NCBI RefSeq assembly: GCF_009914755.1
Contig: NC_060938.1
DNA length: 64,000 bases
Source: the human T2T-CHM13v2.0 reference genome, Homo sapiens
Reading direction: 5' to 3' (one strand)
Below the pieces are notes generated by a model that searched no databases, was not told the DNA's origin, and saw only the letters and a list, made by a program, of their open reading frames with translations. Of the stretch, positions 1 to 12,949 are shown in pieces. The translations under genes and the position numbers were made by a program. How positions within the stretch are numbered: position 1 is the stretch's first letter; the number at the start of each line of letters is the position of its first letter.

Positions 1-738
1 TTGAAAGGCGGTGAAGGGAGGGTATGTTTGCAAATCCCTGCCAGACGGACAACTTCCCTGGCAGCCTGGCCCCTGAGAGCTGCCCTTCCCGCCAACCTCG
101 AGGCTGTAGGCTTTGTTTGCCTGTGTGGGCAGCGGCCTCTCTCTGCCTCTGACAAGCCCCTGGCTCCCTTCTTCCCAGTGAGGACCTGGTTCCCTGTGTG
201 TCACTTGGGTGGCCTCCATCAATAACCCTGCATTAGGCCTGAGAAACAGCAGAGTGGCGGGCCGGAGGCGCCCTCCCCAGACCCCACATGGAAAATGGAA
301 ACAGTGCAGATTCCCGCTGCCCATCTAGATCCCCGTTTGTCTGACGGACCTCATGGCTACTTCCGTGAGATTTGGACTCTGAGCTCTTGTTCCAAAATAC
401 TCAATTTCAGGCCAGTGACTCTGCCCTCTGACCTAGGACAAGGACCTGCCTCCGTCCTCTGAGAACACCTGGCGTCCAAGGGAACACGTGGACCTCCACG
501 GGAGGGGCAGCCTCGTTCCTACAATTTCCAACCAAGAAAATAAAGCCTGGTTCTTCTCTTTCTCCCATTACATCACAGGATGGCTCTGGGTTAGGAAGGG
601 GTAGGAGGGATCAGGGAGCGGACGTTTAAAAAATGAGACAAGTCCCTGGATATCTCTTCCTGTGGCCCTTGCCTGTGATCGCACCCTCAGTAGAGAACAG
701 TGAATATTAACACAGGGAGGAACCTGTGAGATTCTCTG

Positions 739-740
<2 letters not shown>

Positions 741-769
<29 letters not shown>
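741..769. repeat. (GT)n microsatellite
   Basis: About 14 uninterrupted GT units. Confidence 0.97.
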
Positions 770-1026
770 ACTTTTAGTTTGTTTATTAAGCTATAATTTA
801 CCTACATTAAAATTCACCGTTTTATATTACAACATTGTTATCAGTTTTGACAAACATATACAATCATATAACCCCCACTGAAAATCAAAATAGGGAATAA
901 TTTCATACCCCAAAACGTTCCTGTGCCCCTTTATAGTTAATTCCTTCCCCCTACCCCTCTGTTCCTGGAAGCTGCTGGTTTGTTTTCTGACCCTGTAGTT
1001 TTGCCTTTTTTAGAAAGCCACATACA

Positions 1027-1300
1027 AGCCAGGCACAGTGGCTCACACCTGTAATCCCCGCACTTTGGGAGGCCGAGGTGGGCGGGTCACCTGAGGTCAG
1101 GAGTTTGAGGCCAGCCTGGTCAACATGGTGAAACCCCATCTCTACCAAAAATACAAAAATTAGCTCGGCGTGGTGGCAGGCACCTGTAATCCCAGCTACC
1201 CAGGAGGCTGAGGCACAAGAATCACTTGAACCCAGGAGGTGGAGGTTACAGTGAGCTGAGATCACACAGTTGCTGGCTGGGCGACAGAGTGAGACTTGTC
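1027..1300 (+). mobile_element. Alu SINE (AluSx-like)
   Basis: gccaggcacagtggctcacacctgtaatccc...cacctgaggtcaggag; dimeric structure; tail replaced by GGAA/GGGA repeats. Confidence 0.95.
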
Positions 1301-1347
1301 AAGGAAGGAAGAAAGGAAGGAAGGCAGGGAGGGAGGGAGGGAGGGAA
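1301..1347. repeat. (GGAA)/(GGGA)n purine repeat at the Alu tail
   Basis: aaggaaggaagaaaggaagg...gggagggagggaggg. Confidence 0.9.
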
Positions 1348-1691
1348 CGAATGAACAAGGAGTTATACACTATGTGACCTTAGCCCATCTTCCCTTGCTT
1401 AGCTCAGTGCACACTGTTGCATGTCTAGGTAGCACATTGCTCAGCCTTTTGTTCTATCCATAAAGAAACTGAGGCCTATAGTGGGAAGAGCAGAGAGAGT
1501 TGGAGGAGCAGAGCTTAGCGTCTAGGTCATGACCACCACCCAGCCCCTCGGGCTGGTGGGACATACTTCTTCACTAAAAAGTCACCTTTTTAAACCCTCA
1601 AAATCTGTGAGCCCGTTTGAGAAAGCATATGATCATAGAACCCACACATTGAAGAGAATGTATGCTTTCTTCATCTAATAGAAGCTACTTA

Positions 1692-2011
1692 GAGTCAGCC
1701 CTCTGTATCCACAGTTTCCACGGATTCAACAACCATGATGAAAAATATTTTTAAAAATTAAAAAATAACAACAGTAAAAATACAAATTAAAAAACAATAT
1801 AGCATTAAAATGATTTACACAGCATTTACATTGTATTAAGTATTATAAGCAATCTAGAGATAATGTAAAGTATATAGGAGGATGTGCTTTGGTTACAGAC
1901 AAATACTACACCATTTTATAAAAGGGACTTGAGCCTCCTCAGATTTTGGTATCCGTGGGAAAAGGGGACAGTCCTGGAACCAACCCCCTAATGAATATTG
2001 AGGGACAACTG
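1692..2011 (-). mobile_element. MER2 (TcMar-Tigger family non-autonomous DNA transposon)
   Basis: Terminal inverted repeats (gagtcagccctctgtatcc / gaatattgagggacaactg), TA on both flanks, internal tattataagcaatctagaga and ttttggtatcc motifs. Confidence 0.88.
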
Positions 2012-2429
2012 TACTAGGAAACAAAGGGAAGTAATGGTACTTATCAGAGTGGGAAATGGAACTATAAAGGGGCACAAAGGGGTAATGGAATTATTCTCTG
2101 TCTTGATTTTTGGTAGTGGTTACATGATAGTATAAGCAATAGTGAATATCAGAGTGAGGCGTTATCTATTCAGTTAGTAGGCAGTGCTTGGTGCAACTCC
2201 AGGTTGACCGGCTCCTACCAATTACTCTGGAGTTCTCCCATGCCTTCTCCAAATAGATTAGCACAGATTTAGAAAAGTGATAAAAGCTAACTGTAAACAC
2301 AGTGCTGGAACAGACCCCAGGGACATGGGGATCCAGGGTAGAGTGAGATAGCCATGAAAACCAGGTCAACTGGAGGAGATGACCCAGGGGTCCCCTCAGC
2401 GAGAGATCTAAATATTCACAAGTTCCAAA

Positions 2430-2655
2430 TAATTGGAGTTTTGCTAAGCAGCATTATGAACTCATGAATTTAAATATATTAAATATATTTTGATCCATTG
2501 CATTTATTGTCCTTATTGACGTCCAAAGTGTCCCATCTTTGGCCAGTGAGAACCTGAGTCTTTAGACATGACCTTGATAATCTTTGGGAATTTCATTGCT
2601 ATCTGGTATGACAGCATAATCCAGACATATCTTGTACATTTCCTCTCCCATACCT
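2430..2655 (-). mobile_element. L1MC4/5-like 3' fragment
   Basis: gtcccatctttggccagtg and cttgtacatttcct motifs. Confidence 0.6.
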
Positions 2656-2774
2656 AAGTTTCAAGTAAGTGAAAGTCTATGAATGCTTAGCTATAAAATT
2701 AGAGGGTCCTGTGATGGACTTTTCCTATGTAAACTGAATCCCCCATGCCTCCAGATTATTAGAATTGAAAATTC

Positions 2775-2915
2775 CTTTAACAATCAACCAACCCAGAGCC
2801 TTCATTCTACAGAACGGGAAACAGAGGCCCAGAAACATCCAGTGACTTACATAAGATTATACAGGCTTATGGCAGGGCAAGGATTAAAGACTAGGGTCCC
2901 TGACTCCTGGTCTTA
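2775..2915 (-). mobile_element. MIR SINE fragment
   Basis: cattctacagaacgggaaacagaggcccaga...gtgactt core. Confidence 0.75.
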
Positions 2916-3036
2916 TGCTTACCATGGTCTTTACTCTCCTTGAAATGTCCTTAGCCCATCTAGTCAGATACTTCCACTGACGCCACACCCAGCCTTGCTG
3001 TGTGTGCTGAAAGGTGGGCATAAAAAGTAGAAATAT

Positions 3037-4470
3037 CCTGATTTCAAAACTCATGACAAGGCTACAGTAATCAAGACAGGACAGTACTGGTAAGAGGAGA
3101 GACATATAGATAGATGGAAAAGAATTGAGAGTCTAGAAATAAACCCATGCGTTTATAGCCAACTGATTTTTAACAAGAGTGTCAAAACAATTCAATAGGG
3201 GAAAGAATCATCTTTTCAACAAACGGTGCTGGAATAACTAAATGAAACAGAAGTAGAAAAATGAAATTTGATTCCCTACCTCACACCTTATACAAAAGTT
3301 AACTGAAAATGGATAGAAGAGCTAATACTATCACACTGTTAGAAGAAAACATAGAAGTAAATCTTCACGATCTTGGATTGGGCAATGGTTTCTTAGGTAA
3401 AACACTAAAAATGAAAACAACAAAAGAAAAAAATAGACAAATTGAACTTTAACAAAATTTTTAAACTGTTGTGGCTCAAAGAACACCATCAATAAAGTGA
3501 AAAGATATCCCAGATTGGGAGAAAATATCTGGCTATCAAGGTATTTATATTTAGAATATATATAGAACTTGTAAAATTCAGTAATAAGACAAATAAATAA
3601 TGCAATTAAATGCTGGGTGAAGGATCTGTACAGATTATTTCTCTAAGGAAGCTACACAAATAACCAACAAGCACAGGAAAGGATGCTGAACATCATTAGC
3701 CACTAGGGAAATGCAAATAAATTCCATGATGAGATACCACTTCACAACCACTGGGATGGCTATAATAAAAAAGGCAGATTTTAACAAGTGTCAGAATGTA
3801 GAGTTCTGGAATATAAAATGGTGGTAATGTAAAATGCTGCAGCCGCTTTGGAAAACAGTCTGAAATTTCCTCAAAAGCTTAAAAATAGAGTTACTCTATG
3901 ACCCAGCAATTCCATTCATAGGTATATACCCAGGAGAAATAAAAACATACAGCCATACAAAAATTTGAACACAAGTGTTCATAGCAGCATTATTCATAAT
4001 AACCAAAAAATGGAAACAATTCAAATGTCTGTCAACTGGTAAATGGGTTAAACAAAATGTGACGTATTCATACCATGGAATATTATTTGGCAATAAAAAG
4101 GAATGAAGTATGGATACACATCACAACATGGATGAAACCTGAAAACATTATGCTAAGTGAAAGAAGCCAGTCACAAAAGACTATAGATTGTATGACTCCA
4201 TTTACAAAGAATGTCCAGAATAGGCAAATTGATAGAGACAGAAAGTAGACTAGTTGTTGCCTAGAGACAACAAGGTGGGGTGGAAATGAAAAATCACTGC
4301 TGATGGGTATGGAGTTTCTTTGAGGAGTGATGAAAATGTTCTAAAATTTATTGTAGTGATGTGGAGATTGTGCAAAACTCTGTGGATATACTTAAAATCA
4401 TTGACTTACATACTTTAAACAAATAAATTGTATGGTATGTGAATTACATTTCAGTAAAGCTGCTAAAAAC
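3037..4470 (+). mobile_element. L1MB-type LINE-1, 5'-truncated (decayed ORF2 end plus 3'UTR)
   Basis: aaggctacagtaatcaagaca, ttttcaacaaacggtgctgg, gacccagcaattcca; 3' end gtatgtgaattacatttcagtaaagctg followed by an A-rich tail; many stop codons. Confidence 0.93.
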
Positions 4471-4586
4471 AAAAACAGAAAAAAAGAAAGAGAAGGTAAG
4501 AGGGAAGGAGGGAGGGAGGGAAACAGGAAAGGAGAGGGGGAAGAGAGAAAGAAAAAGAGAGGGAGGGAAGGAGAGAGAAAAAAAGA
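4471..4586. repeat. Purine-rich low-complexity tail
   Basis: GA/GGA-rich run following the L1 tail. Confidence 0.85.
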
Positions 4587-5029
4587 GCTAGCTACAGATC
4601 AGGAAGAATCCAAGCCTGTTTTTCGAAGTCACCAAGAGAACAGGGCTGGTCCTTAGAGAAAGTGAGTGAAGGCAGCCACAAAGGACTTTGAATCCTGCCT
4701 AGTGCCAAAGACAGGATCAGGAGATGCCAGGTCATCCCAGAGCGAGTGGTCCATTTCGGCTGTCTCTGCCCACTCTGGAGATTAAAGCCCTTGAGCCCTT
4801 CCTTATAGGAAAAAAGGAATTTAATTAGGTAGATTATTGGTCAGCAGCATAAGAGAGCTATTCACACACCCACTTTGTGTCCAATAGAAGCCTTGTTTCC
4901 TAAAGCGTTAAGCCCCAGGGACACTTGAGCTCTAAGAAGAAACACCCTGGATGGAGAGTGGGAAGACTTGGGTTCACCACTAGTAGTGTGGCCTTAGGCA
5001 GCTGGTAACCCAGTTTATCTGCGGCAAAT

Positions 5030-5162
5030 GTCTTAACAGAAAGAGTCCCAGGCCCCACATCTAGAGATTGCAAATCAGGAAGTTTGAGAAAGACCCCAGG
5101 AATCTACATTTTTAACAAGTAATTCTAGATGATTCTGACCCACAGGCAGATGGGAACCACTG
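5030..5162. mobile_element. MER5-family (hAT-Charlie) fragment
   Basis: cccaggaatctacatttttaacaag...gatgattctga...gggaaccactg terminus. Confidence 0.7.
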
Positions 5163-6159
5163 AACCAGATGCCCCTGTGTTTCCTTTGAGCTTGAGAACA
5201 CTAGGATTCTGGGAAGGGGGTCAAATTGAAGTCCAGAATAGATAAATATCTCCTATTCACTTCTTCTCCAACCAAAGATGCCCACTTCTATCTACCCCAG
5301 TCTGTGAGCTGTGGCCTGACTGCGGCCAGAATTTCTCTAAGCCAGCTCCAACCCCTTCTGCTGGCTTTCTGCTTGCCACCCTCACAAAGCTGTTCTGCAG
5401 CAACCAATCCTGGGTTCTCTTCCCGGGAGGGAGGCCCTCACTTAGGGGTTAAGAAAGCTGCATATACACACACATGCACGTGCACACACACGCACGACTG
5501 TGAGCTGATCTATTGAGTGAAATGCTCCTATTCATGCAAGACTTTGCCAAGGTGAACTCACTGAGCCCTCAGATAAATGCATCAAGCCAGAAACAAAGGG
5601 AAAACATTGGGAGCAAACCAAAAGATAAATTACAAATTGGATTAGTGGATCTTCCTCTCGCTCTACTGCGGAAGCATGCTATTAGCTATCCAGACATGCC
5701 CAGTGGTTTGGAATACCCACACACACATACAACATCCACAATGCCCCTCCCCGGTCAGGCACAAAGCAGAGGTGACCTTGACACTTCTCACTCCTAAGCC
5801 TTTAGCACTCAGACTCATGGCTGCTCTCAGGATTCTGAGCTTTGGGCAGGAAAAAACAAACTTTCTCTTTGGCTCTCTCCCAGGGTGCCAGCTGGTGAGC
5901 CCACAGAACTTCTGCCAGTTCACTCACACAGTGTTCTGTGACTTTCCCCAGTCCCTGCTGCCTCCTCCCGCCCCCTCCACGGCCCAGCCTCATGTTATGG
6001 CAGAATAGGAGTGACCACCCCAGCAACTGGCATTGCAAAGAGGAAGGCAGGAGTGTGTCTCCTCCCAGAAAAAAAGATAGTTAAGAGTGAGGCCGGGCTG
6101 CCCTGATAATGACCCAGGGGGAAGATCTGATGGAAGGTATATCTGAGGACATTTAAGTC

Positions 6160-7230
6160 TATGAGCGCTTATTGAGATTGGCCACGTGGCAGGTGTTATG
6201 CCACCTACTAAGCTCAGAGAGTTGAGTGAAAGTGGTTCTTGTCCTCGAAGACCACACCTTCTAGTAGAAGATACAGATACGTAACCAACCTACTGTGATG
6301 CGAGTAAGAGGGGCATAGGAACAAATAGAATGCACATGGCAAAGGGAAACTCATTTGCCCTAGGAGGAAGTGGGGAAGGAGGTAGCATGAAAAGCCCCCA
6401 CCTGCTGAGGGTGCAGTGGGTGGACTCCATGAGCAGAGTGTGCAGTGTGGGGGACTGGAGTGGGCACAGAGACTGAGAAAGGTCAGACCTAGATACCAAT
6501 GACAGGTCATGATGGCGCAAACCAGGTTAGGGCCTAGCAGTGAGGGTGCAGAGAGGGAAAGATTTGTGTGATGCTACAGTAGGATGGAAAGCCCCTGGTG
6601 ACTCAATGAATATGGGGGTTGGAAAGGGAGAGGTGGGTGTTGAGGATTTCAAAGGATTCAAATCAGGGTGGAGAAACTGTGTGGAGCCAGTAGATACCAG
6701 AGCTGCTTCCAAAGAGGGTGAGGATACAGCTGGCAGCCTAGGAGTGAGTTATCTGGAAATATAGGCTGTAAGGTAGGTAAATGGTAGGAGGCAGCATTCA
6801 GAGTTTATTGTTTCAGAGGTAGAGCAATTGTGAAGTATCTGGGGTGTGCCATGGGGTAGCTGGACTGGAGAGGCATACAAGGGTCATGATGGAGAAGGTG
6901 AGGGCCCTGGCAACCAGGGATTGTGTAGGTCATCAGGGAACATTGAGGTTACTCAGAATGACAGCAGAAGGTGGAATGGAGGAAGACCCTTGAAGCTGGG
7001 GACAGGTGCCCTTGTCCTGAGGGAATATGGAAATGTGACCTGTAGGTCCATAGGTGAGGGCATTGAGGGTGAGGAGAGGATAGGACAACCAACGTTCCTT
7101 CAGAAGGAGATGGGCTCTTGGACAGAGTTCATAGGTTGGTAGCCTGAAGGCAGCAAGGACAGGAAAAGGATGGGCATGCTTCCAGCTCCGTCCAGATTGC
7201 CTGCAGAAGGACATCTGGAAGAAACCTTTC
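6160..7230 (-). mobile_element. L2 LINE fragments
   Basis: ttattgag...gtggcaggtgtt 3'-end motif followed by purine-rich antisense L2 body; boundaries approximate. Confidence 0.55.
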
Positions 7231-7249
7231 TCCACCACCTCCATCAGTT

Positions 7250-7465
7250 CCGCAAATAACGTATTATATATTTCAAAATAGCTAAAAGAGAAGGTTTTGA
7301 ATACTCCCACCACAAAGAAATGATACATGTTTGAGGTGATGAGTTTGCAGATTACTCTGATTTGATCATTACACAATGTATACAGGTGTCAAAACATCCA
7401 TAATGTGCACCATAAATATGTGCAATTATTATGTGTCCATTTAAAATAAAATAAATATATTTTAA
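7250..7465 (+). mobile_element. L1MA-type 3' end
   Basis: tttcaaaatagctaaaagag...cacaaagaaatgata...tttgaggtgatg...tttgatcattacaca, A-rich end. Confidence 0.88.
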
Positions 7466-9989
7466 AAGCAGTTCCATTTTCAAGCCAGCCTATCTGAGCC
7501 CCAGATCGACTTGCTTTCGGCTCCCTGTCCTCGTTCTGGCCTGGCATCCCACCCGTCCTTCCTAAACTGCTCCAAGAATGTCTTCTCAGACGGCCAGAGC
7601 CAGAGGCTCCTGTTCCTGTCTTCAGTGGCTATCTTGTAGAACTGCCTCACAAGCAAGACAATCTGAGGCTGCAGCCATTTGGTTTTTCAGTCATTAGACC
7701 CTTCCATAGATTCTAGGTGAACTGCCTCACACCAAATTCGCATCTCCTTGAATACAATTGAGGAAAGCTCTCTTGTCACATTTTACTTTCCTTTCCTTGA
7801 AAGTACAAATTTTATTCTCCCAGTTTTTCTATATAGGATATTTCCTCCAGGTCCTATAAAACCAGTTTAGACATGTCTCTGTTTGGCCATGTAATGGGGG
7901 GATATATTATACCCACATATGGAGTTCCCAGCAACAAAACAAGATTGTATTTTTCTCCTCCCAAAAAGTACATACAGAGTCTTCATTGAATAACATTATC
8001 CTATCTGTAGTAGAAATAAAATAAATGATGATAATATGTAGCAAAGGGATCCAGGTTTCCAACACAATGATGTCATTCCTTTCATATACTATTGGCAGCA
8101 GACAGATTGCAACACATCTGTAATCTCATAGAATGCTTTCAACACCTTGAAACATAAACCCTTTTCTCTGTTCATTTTAGCTATTTGGAACAGAATTATT
8201 TGCAAAAACATCATCAAAATGATTATCTGTTACGATATTGTTTTGTGATAACAGACATGTGATACTTGTTCTTTGAGCCATGCTGTGGTCCCATGATGCA
8301 GACAGATTTGGGGAGCTAAAATCTGGCTGTCTTCTTCCTCACTGTCAATCAAGGCTTCTCAGCATGATGGATCCAACTGCCCCTTTCCAGTCTCTCAGTG
8401 CTTCTAACCTGCTGCCCACTATATCTTGGCAAGAATTGATGATTTTCAGAGGAGATCCAAAATATTAGTAATATTAATTTACACCAAATTCTGCATCTGG
8501 GCTCCAGTTTGACAGTCTAATGCTCTGAGATGCCTTGTGCCTTTCAGGTGAAGTAAACACATGGGCTTTGTAGAAGCATTTGCCTCTGCTCAGAGAACTC
8601 CTTCCTTTTATTTCTGGAACATCAGTGCAATCTGTATAGTGAGGCTGCAGGAAGAGGGCCCCAGGCACCTGAAGCTGCACCCCATTTTAGCTACTAAAGT
8701 CATCTTCATGCATATCTGCACTGAAGTTCCCAACAGGGGGCTGTAACAGGCAGGTATATTATTTGCCAACAACAATGGAGCCTGAATTGCCTTCATTATA
8801 ATCAGTAACTCCTGAGTGATACAATGTTACCAATCATTTCTCTTGCCCAGAATTCTCTATTCATAGCCATATGTAATTCATATCTATATGAAGATTTTCT
8901 GAGAGAAGAAGTTGAAAGTTTGAAATGTGATCTGCTGAGGATGGCCCACTATGGCTGAATTCCAGACATCAGAGCAAAGAAGAAACAGAGCATTCTCTCG
9001 TTTAAACATAGCCAGGGTTCCGCATTCCTGCAGCATTCACCAGCTTAGTGCCGACCATTTACTCTTTCTCTCCCACCTTTTCTACCACTATATTGGGTCC
9101 TTTTTACCCCACCTCTGAAAAACACCCATCTTGAGTCCAGTTCCAGTTCTTACCATCACACCTGGGGAATAGCTGAAATGTCACCAGGGAAACATCAAGA
9201 CACATCTAATTTAAAGGAAGCTGGATTAAGTTTTGTCCATGTACGTAATGAAAATGCCCCTAGTGCTCCAGGTCCACATGCTGCTGGAAGCTCTGCCTAC
9301 CTATCAGGCAACTCAAGACTGCGTGGTGACTTCCGTGTCCTAAGTCCTTGGAAGGAGTCCAGCACAGCCCTCACAGGAGAAAGCCACTTCTTCATGCCAT
9401 TGAGCTGCTATCTCCACATCTGAGAGACACAGGAGGAGCAAGATGAGTGGTGCTCTAACCTGAGCCATCGGCCCCAGTAACAGATGGGCTTGTTGCTTTC
9501 AAAACCCAGAATACATCTCGCTTTAAACAGAAAAGGAAGATCAGAAGTAAGACTCCTAGCATGAGCTACCTTGAGGCAGAGTGCAGAGGCTGCATGAGTG
9601 GCTGGGGAATTGGTCCAGGATAAAAAGCCTTTCCTCTCCCTCCTTGACCTCTAAATGCTCCAGCCCTTAGAGTAAGTGGCTGAAATGAACTGACCTTCCC
9701 TGATGCCTGGATTCTCTTTCTTTAACCAAGAATGCAAACAGCCCAATCTACCTGCTCTGACCATTAGAACTTAGATTTCCTCATTTGAAAGATGCTTCTT
9801 TTACTAATTTTAGGAAAGGAATGCTCTTAGACTTTTTCTTTGGCTTTGAAGAAACTTCATTATTTTCTGGGACATGTTCACATCCTCCTCCTTCCATAGG
9901 ACATGCCTCCCTTGATGGCACCCCCTGGGTCCCACCTCCTCACGTAAGAGCCTAGGAGGCAACCTCTAACCCTCCTTCTCCTTCAGCCT

Positions 9990-10560
9990 CTCTGCCCCAC
10001 CTGCCATCAAATCCTGTGAAATCTGTGTTCACTCTATCCCTTCCTACTTCCTCTTAGCTGAGGTCCAGAACTTGACCTTCACTATTTGCAATAACTTCCC
10101 TGTCCCCAGTCAAAAGCTTCCAGCACTAGAAAAATATATCTGTTTCCTGCTTAAAAACATCTCAGTGGCTCCCTATTCCCATCGAAATTCACTCAGTGCA
10201 ATTTAACAAACATGAATTGAGCACCGATGATGTGTCAGGCACTGGGGTAGTGTTGAGATGCAAAGGTAAATGAGGCATAGTCTGAGCCCTTCAAGAGTTC
10301 ACAATGAGACCCGCACACAGCGGGGTATGGCTTCCTAGGAAAAGTGCCAAAGTAAAAGGAACTATAAAAGCATTTTGGAATTCTGGGGGCCAAGAATACT
10401 ACAGAATACTGGTGATATTTGAGCTAAGGCTTAATGGGTGAGTAGGCATTTGTCAAATGGACACTGATGAAAGGGATGTTGAGGGGTCTTTCAGGGAAAG
10501 GAAATGGCTTGGGCGAAGCTGTAACATTATGATCATCTATGGCATTTGGGGAATAAGCAA
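9990..10560. mobile_element. Two L2 fragments in opposite orientations
   Basis: ctgcttaaaaacatctcagtggctccc (+) then ttaacaaacatgaattgagcac...tgtgtcaggcactggg (-). Confidence 0.6.
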
Positions 10561-12949
10561 GTGGGGTGGTATGAGAGCCTGGAGAATGGGACCCAAGATG
10601 AGATCAAGTCTGCAATCCTTAGGAAAAAGTATCAACCTGTGTATCAACCGCCTGCATCAGCCTATGCTCCTGTCTCACCTCTAGCTACTCCTTCTACTCT
10701 ACTCCAGTCCCAAAGTCAGTCAGTCAGTCAGTCTCTGTCTCTCTCTCTCTCTTTTCTCCATGCCTCAGATCTAACTGACTGGGTACTTGATCAATGGCCT
10801 ATCCTAAGGAGAAGGGATGACTTCAGTGTGACCACCACAAGGAATCGGAGAACAAGGCCAGGTCTTCCATGACCACCACCTGGAAGCCCCTGAATAGTTC
10901 AGGGCCTCTAAATGGGTAATCATTGTCCCTGGCCATCACTGTCATGTGCCACACGTACCATCTTTAGTAAAAGACCATCTAAATCAGGCCAGAGCACAGC
11001 ACTCTATCTTGGCTGCTGCACCAGACAAAAAGCCAGTCAGCCAAATAATAAAGCTTATCAGAATGCATCCCTCTTCCACAGCTCTATCAAGGGGCTATGG
11101 AAGAACAGGAAGGGGAGGAAATGTCTAGTCCTATTGTCGTGAGACACTAAAGGGAAGCCTGTGGACCTGTCATCAGGGGCATCTCTCTTGGAGTGAGGCA
11201 TTCCACAGCCCAGGGATAATGACATCTAGTGAAAATGCCCAGCCCCTCTGAGCATCCTGGGGACTCATCCCTTAGAACGCTGGCTGCTCAACACTCACCA
11301 ATTTGACATAGGAAACTAGGAATGGACAGCAAAGGGTGTTGGCCCTGATCACAAGGTAATTCATAATCTCACCAGGTAACAGTAGATGAGGCCCAGGAAT
11401 AGCAACAAGTAAACATGGCAGCATATAATAAGGTGCCCACCTGGAGGCCACTGAAGTAACTAAGATCTTCAGACAGTAAATGTCATGTTAGTGTGGACTG
11501 GGGCCATCAGGAAAGGGTTCAAAGAATAGGTGGATGGGGCACGAATTGAATCATAGAGATTGGGTGAGATCTGGACAATAGGAAAGAGGGACAAAGTGCA
11601 ACCCAGGGGGAATAATATCAGCTTATCAGCTAAGGCACAAATGAGGACACCTAGCCTCTTAAATTGGAAGACACCTTGATGTTCATCCATCCAAATTCTT
11701 AGCTACTGCAAAAATCCTTTCAGCACCTTGACCATCCAACCTCTTAATTCAGTGCTGTAAGAGTAAGAGGCACTAATTAATGGAGGGACTGTATGACAGA
11801 CGCAAATTCCTCTCTGTGCTGCTTCTCCTGGTAGTGACACCTTTCTCCAAGTTGCCAGCATCCTAAATCTTAAAATGTCCTGCCTTGTGACTCAGAGGAC
11901 ACCACTTCCCTAGACCCTGTATCTCAGCAAAAATGTCCCCCCCACCCCGACCCCAGGGCCACAGCTTTGCCCTGCAGGAGAGAAGCAATCAGCTCCCATC
12001 CTTGGCATCCATATTCATGGAGAATTGTTCTTGCTCTGACCTGTAGCCCTGAGTGGGAACTGAGGCTGATGGTCCCCAGAAGTGCACTTTAGAAATTAGC
12101 CCACAGCCATCTGCCTTTCCTCCAAGTAACTCAGGCCCTGGGAGGAATGCACAGCTGTTTTCACTGCAGTCACAGAGAAGCATGAGATAGGGCAAGGAGA
12201 AAGGGAGGTGACACCTTTCAGAGCCAAGGCTGCTCCCAAGAATGTTTGAAGGTTATTAGTATGGTTGTAATCAGGCTATTAGCCAAATGCAGGTGGAGAA
12301 TGAAGTGGCTTTGAAATTGCTTTTCAGAGAAAGCAGAGCCTGTGTTGGTGTACTATGCATATGATCTCTTTCAAGCAGCTCTTCAGCTTCCTACATGGCC
12401 AAGATAGGACTCAGGTCTCCAGCTAACCACAGTCAGAACTATTCACTTACCTGGGCCTCAGGAGTGAGCAGGGTCTGCCAGGAAAAGCCCTGCCTTCAAC
12501 CTGCTCTGCCTGCCTTATGGGAGCAAGAACAAGGCATGAGCCACCTTCTCATATTGAGTCAGGGTCCAGAGTCCCTGCAAAAGTGGTTGGCTCAGGAACC
12601 CTTCTCTTTAGTTCACAGGCAAGTAGCCTCATTCTGCACCCCAGGGTTTGCAGTGTCCAGTGCCCAGTGCCACATGTGACCATCCCATCCCTTTCAGGCT
12701 GTCCAAGGGGAATCAATAGCAGTCTCATGTCTAGGGGCAGCCTCTTGAGGACAGAGGGATCCTCAGAGTTCCCAGTGGATGAAGCCCCCTGCCCAGCTCC
12801 TTCTAGGCCACTTAGTGGATCTGGGCCTTCTTCTTTAGAGGCTATAGGAAGAGGAAAGTATGTTTCTACCTGCTGCTGCTTGGGGTTCCTTGTCTTACTT
12901 CATGGCACCCCATCTATCCATACCTCCAGGGCTCATTTTTTCCCTCATC

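Larger units (their letters stand above)
775..1440 (-). mobile_element. Old L1 (L1MB/MC/MD-type) 3' fragment, split by an Alu
   Basis: Antisense L1 3'UTR motifs (aaattcaccgtttt, gttttgacaaacatataca, gttttgcctttt); resumes after the Alu at about 1355. Confidence 0.7.

Noticed and set aside
951-1265. 104-aa ORF (and similar ORFs at 25157, 31025, 52547, 55955)
   Set aside because: Standard antisense-Alu translations
3037-4470. Functional L1 ORF2
   Set aside because: 5'-truncated and full of stops and frameshifts
7840-8140. Resemblance of translated fragments to olfactory-receptor (VAIC), reverse-transcriptase (KAF) or epimerase (NWFY) motifs
   Set aside because: Matches are 3-4 residues with non-matching flanks; not enough to name a family
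9870-9908. p53-family response element
   Set aside because: Two good half-sites, but 19 bp apart, beyond canonical spacing
11719-11740. REST/NRSE site (TTCAGCACC)
   Set aside because: Only the left half matches; the GGACAG half is absent
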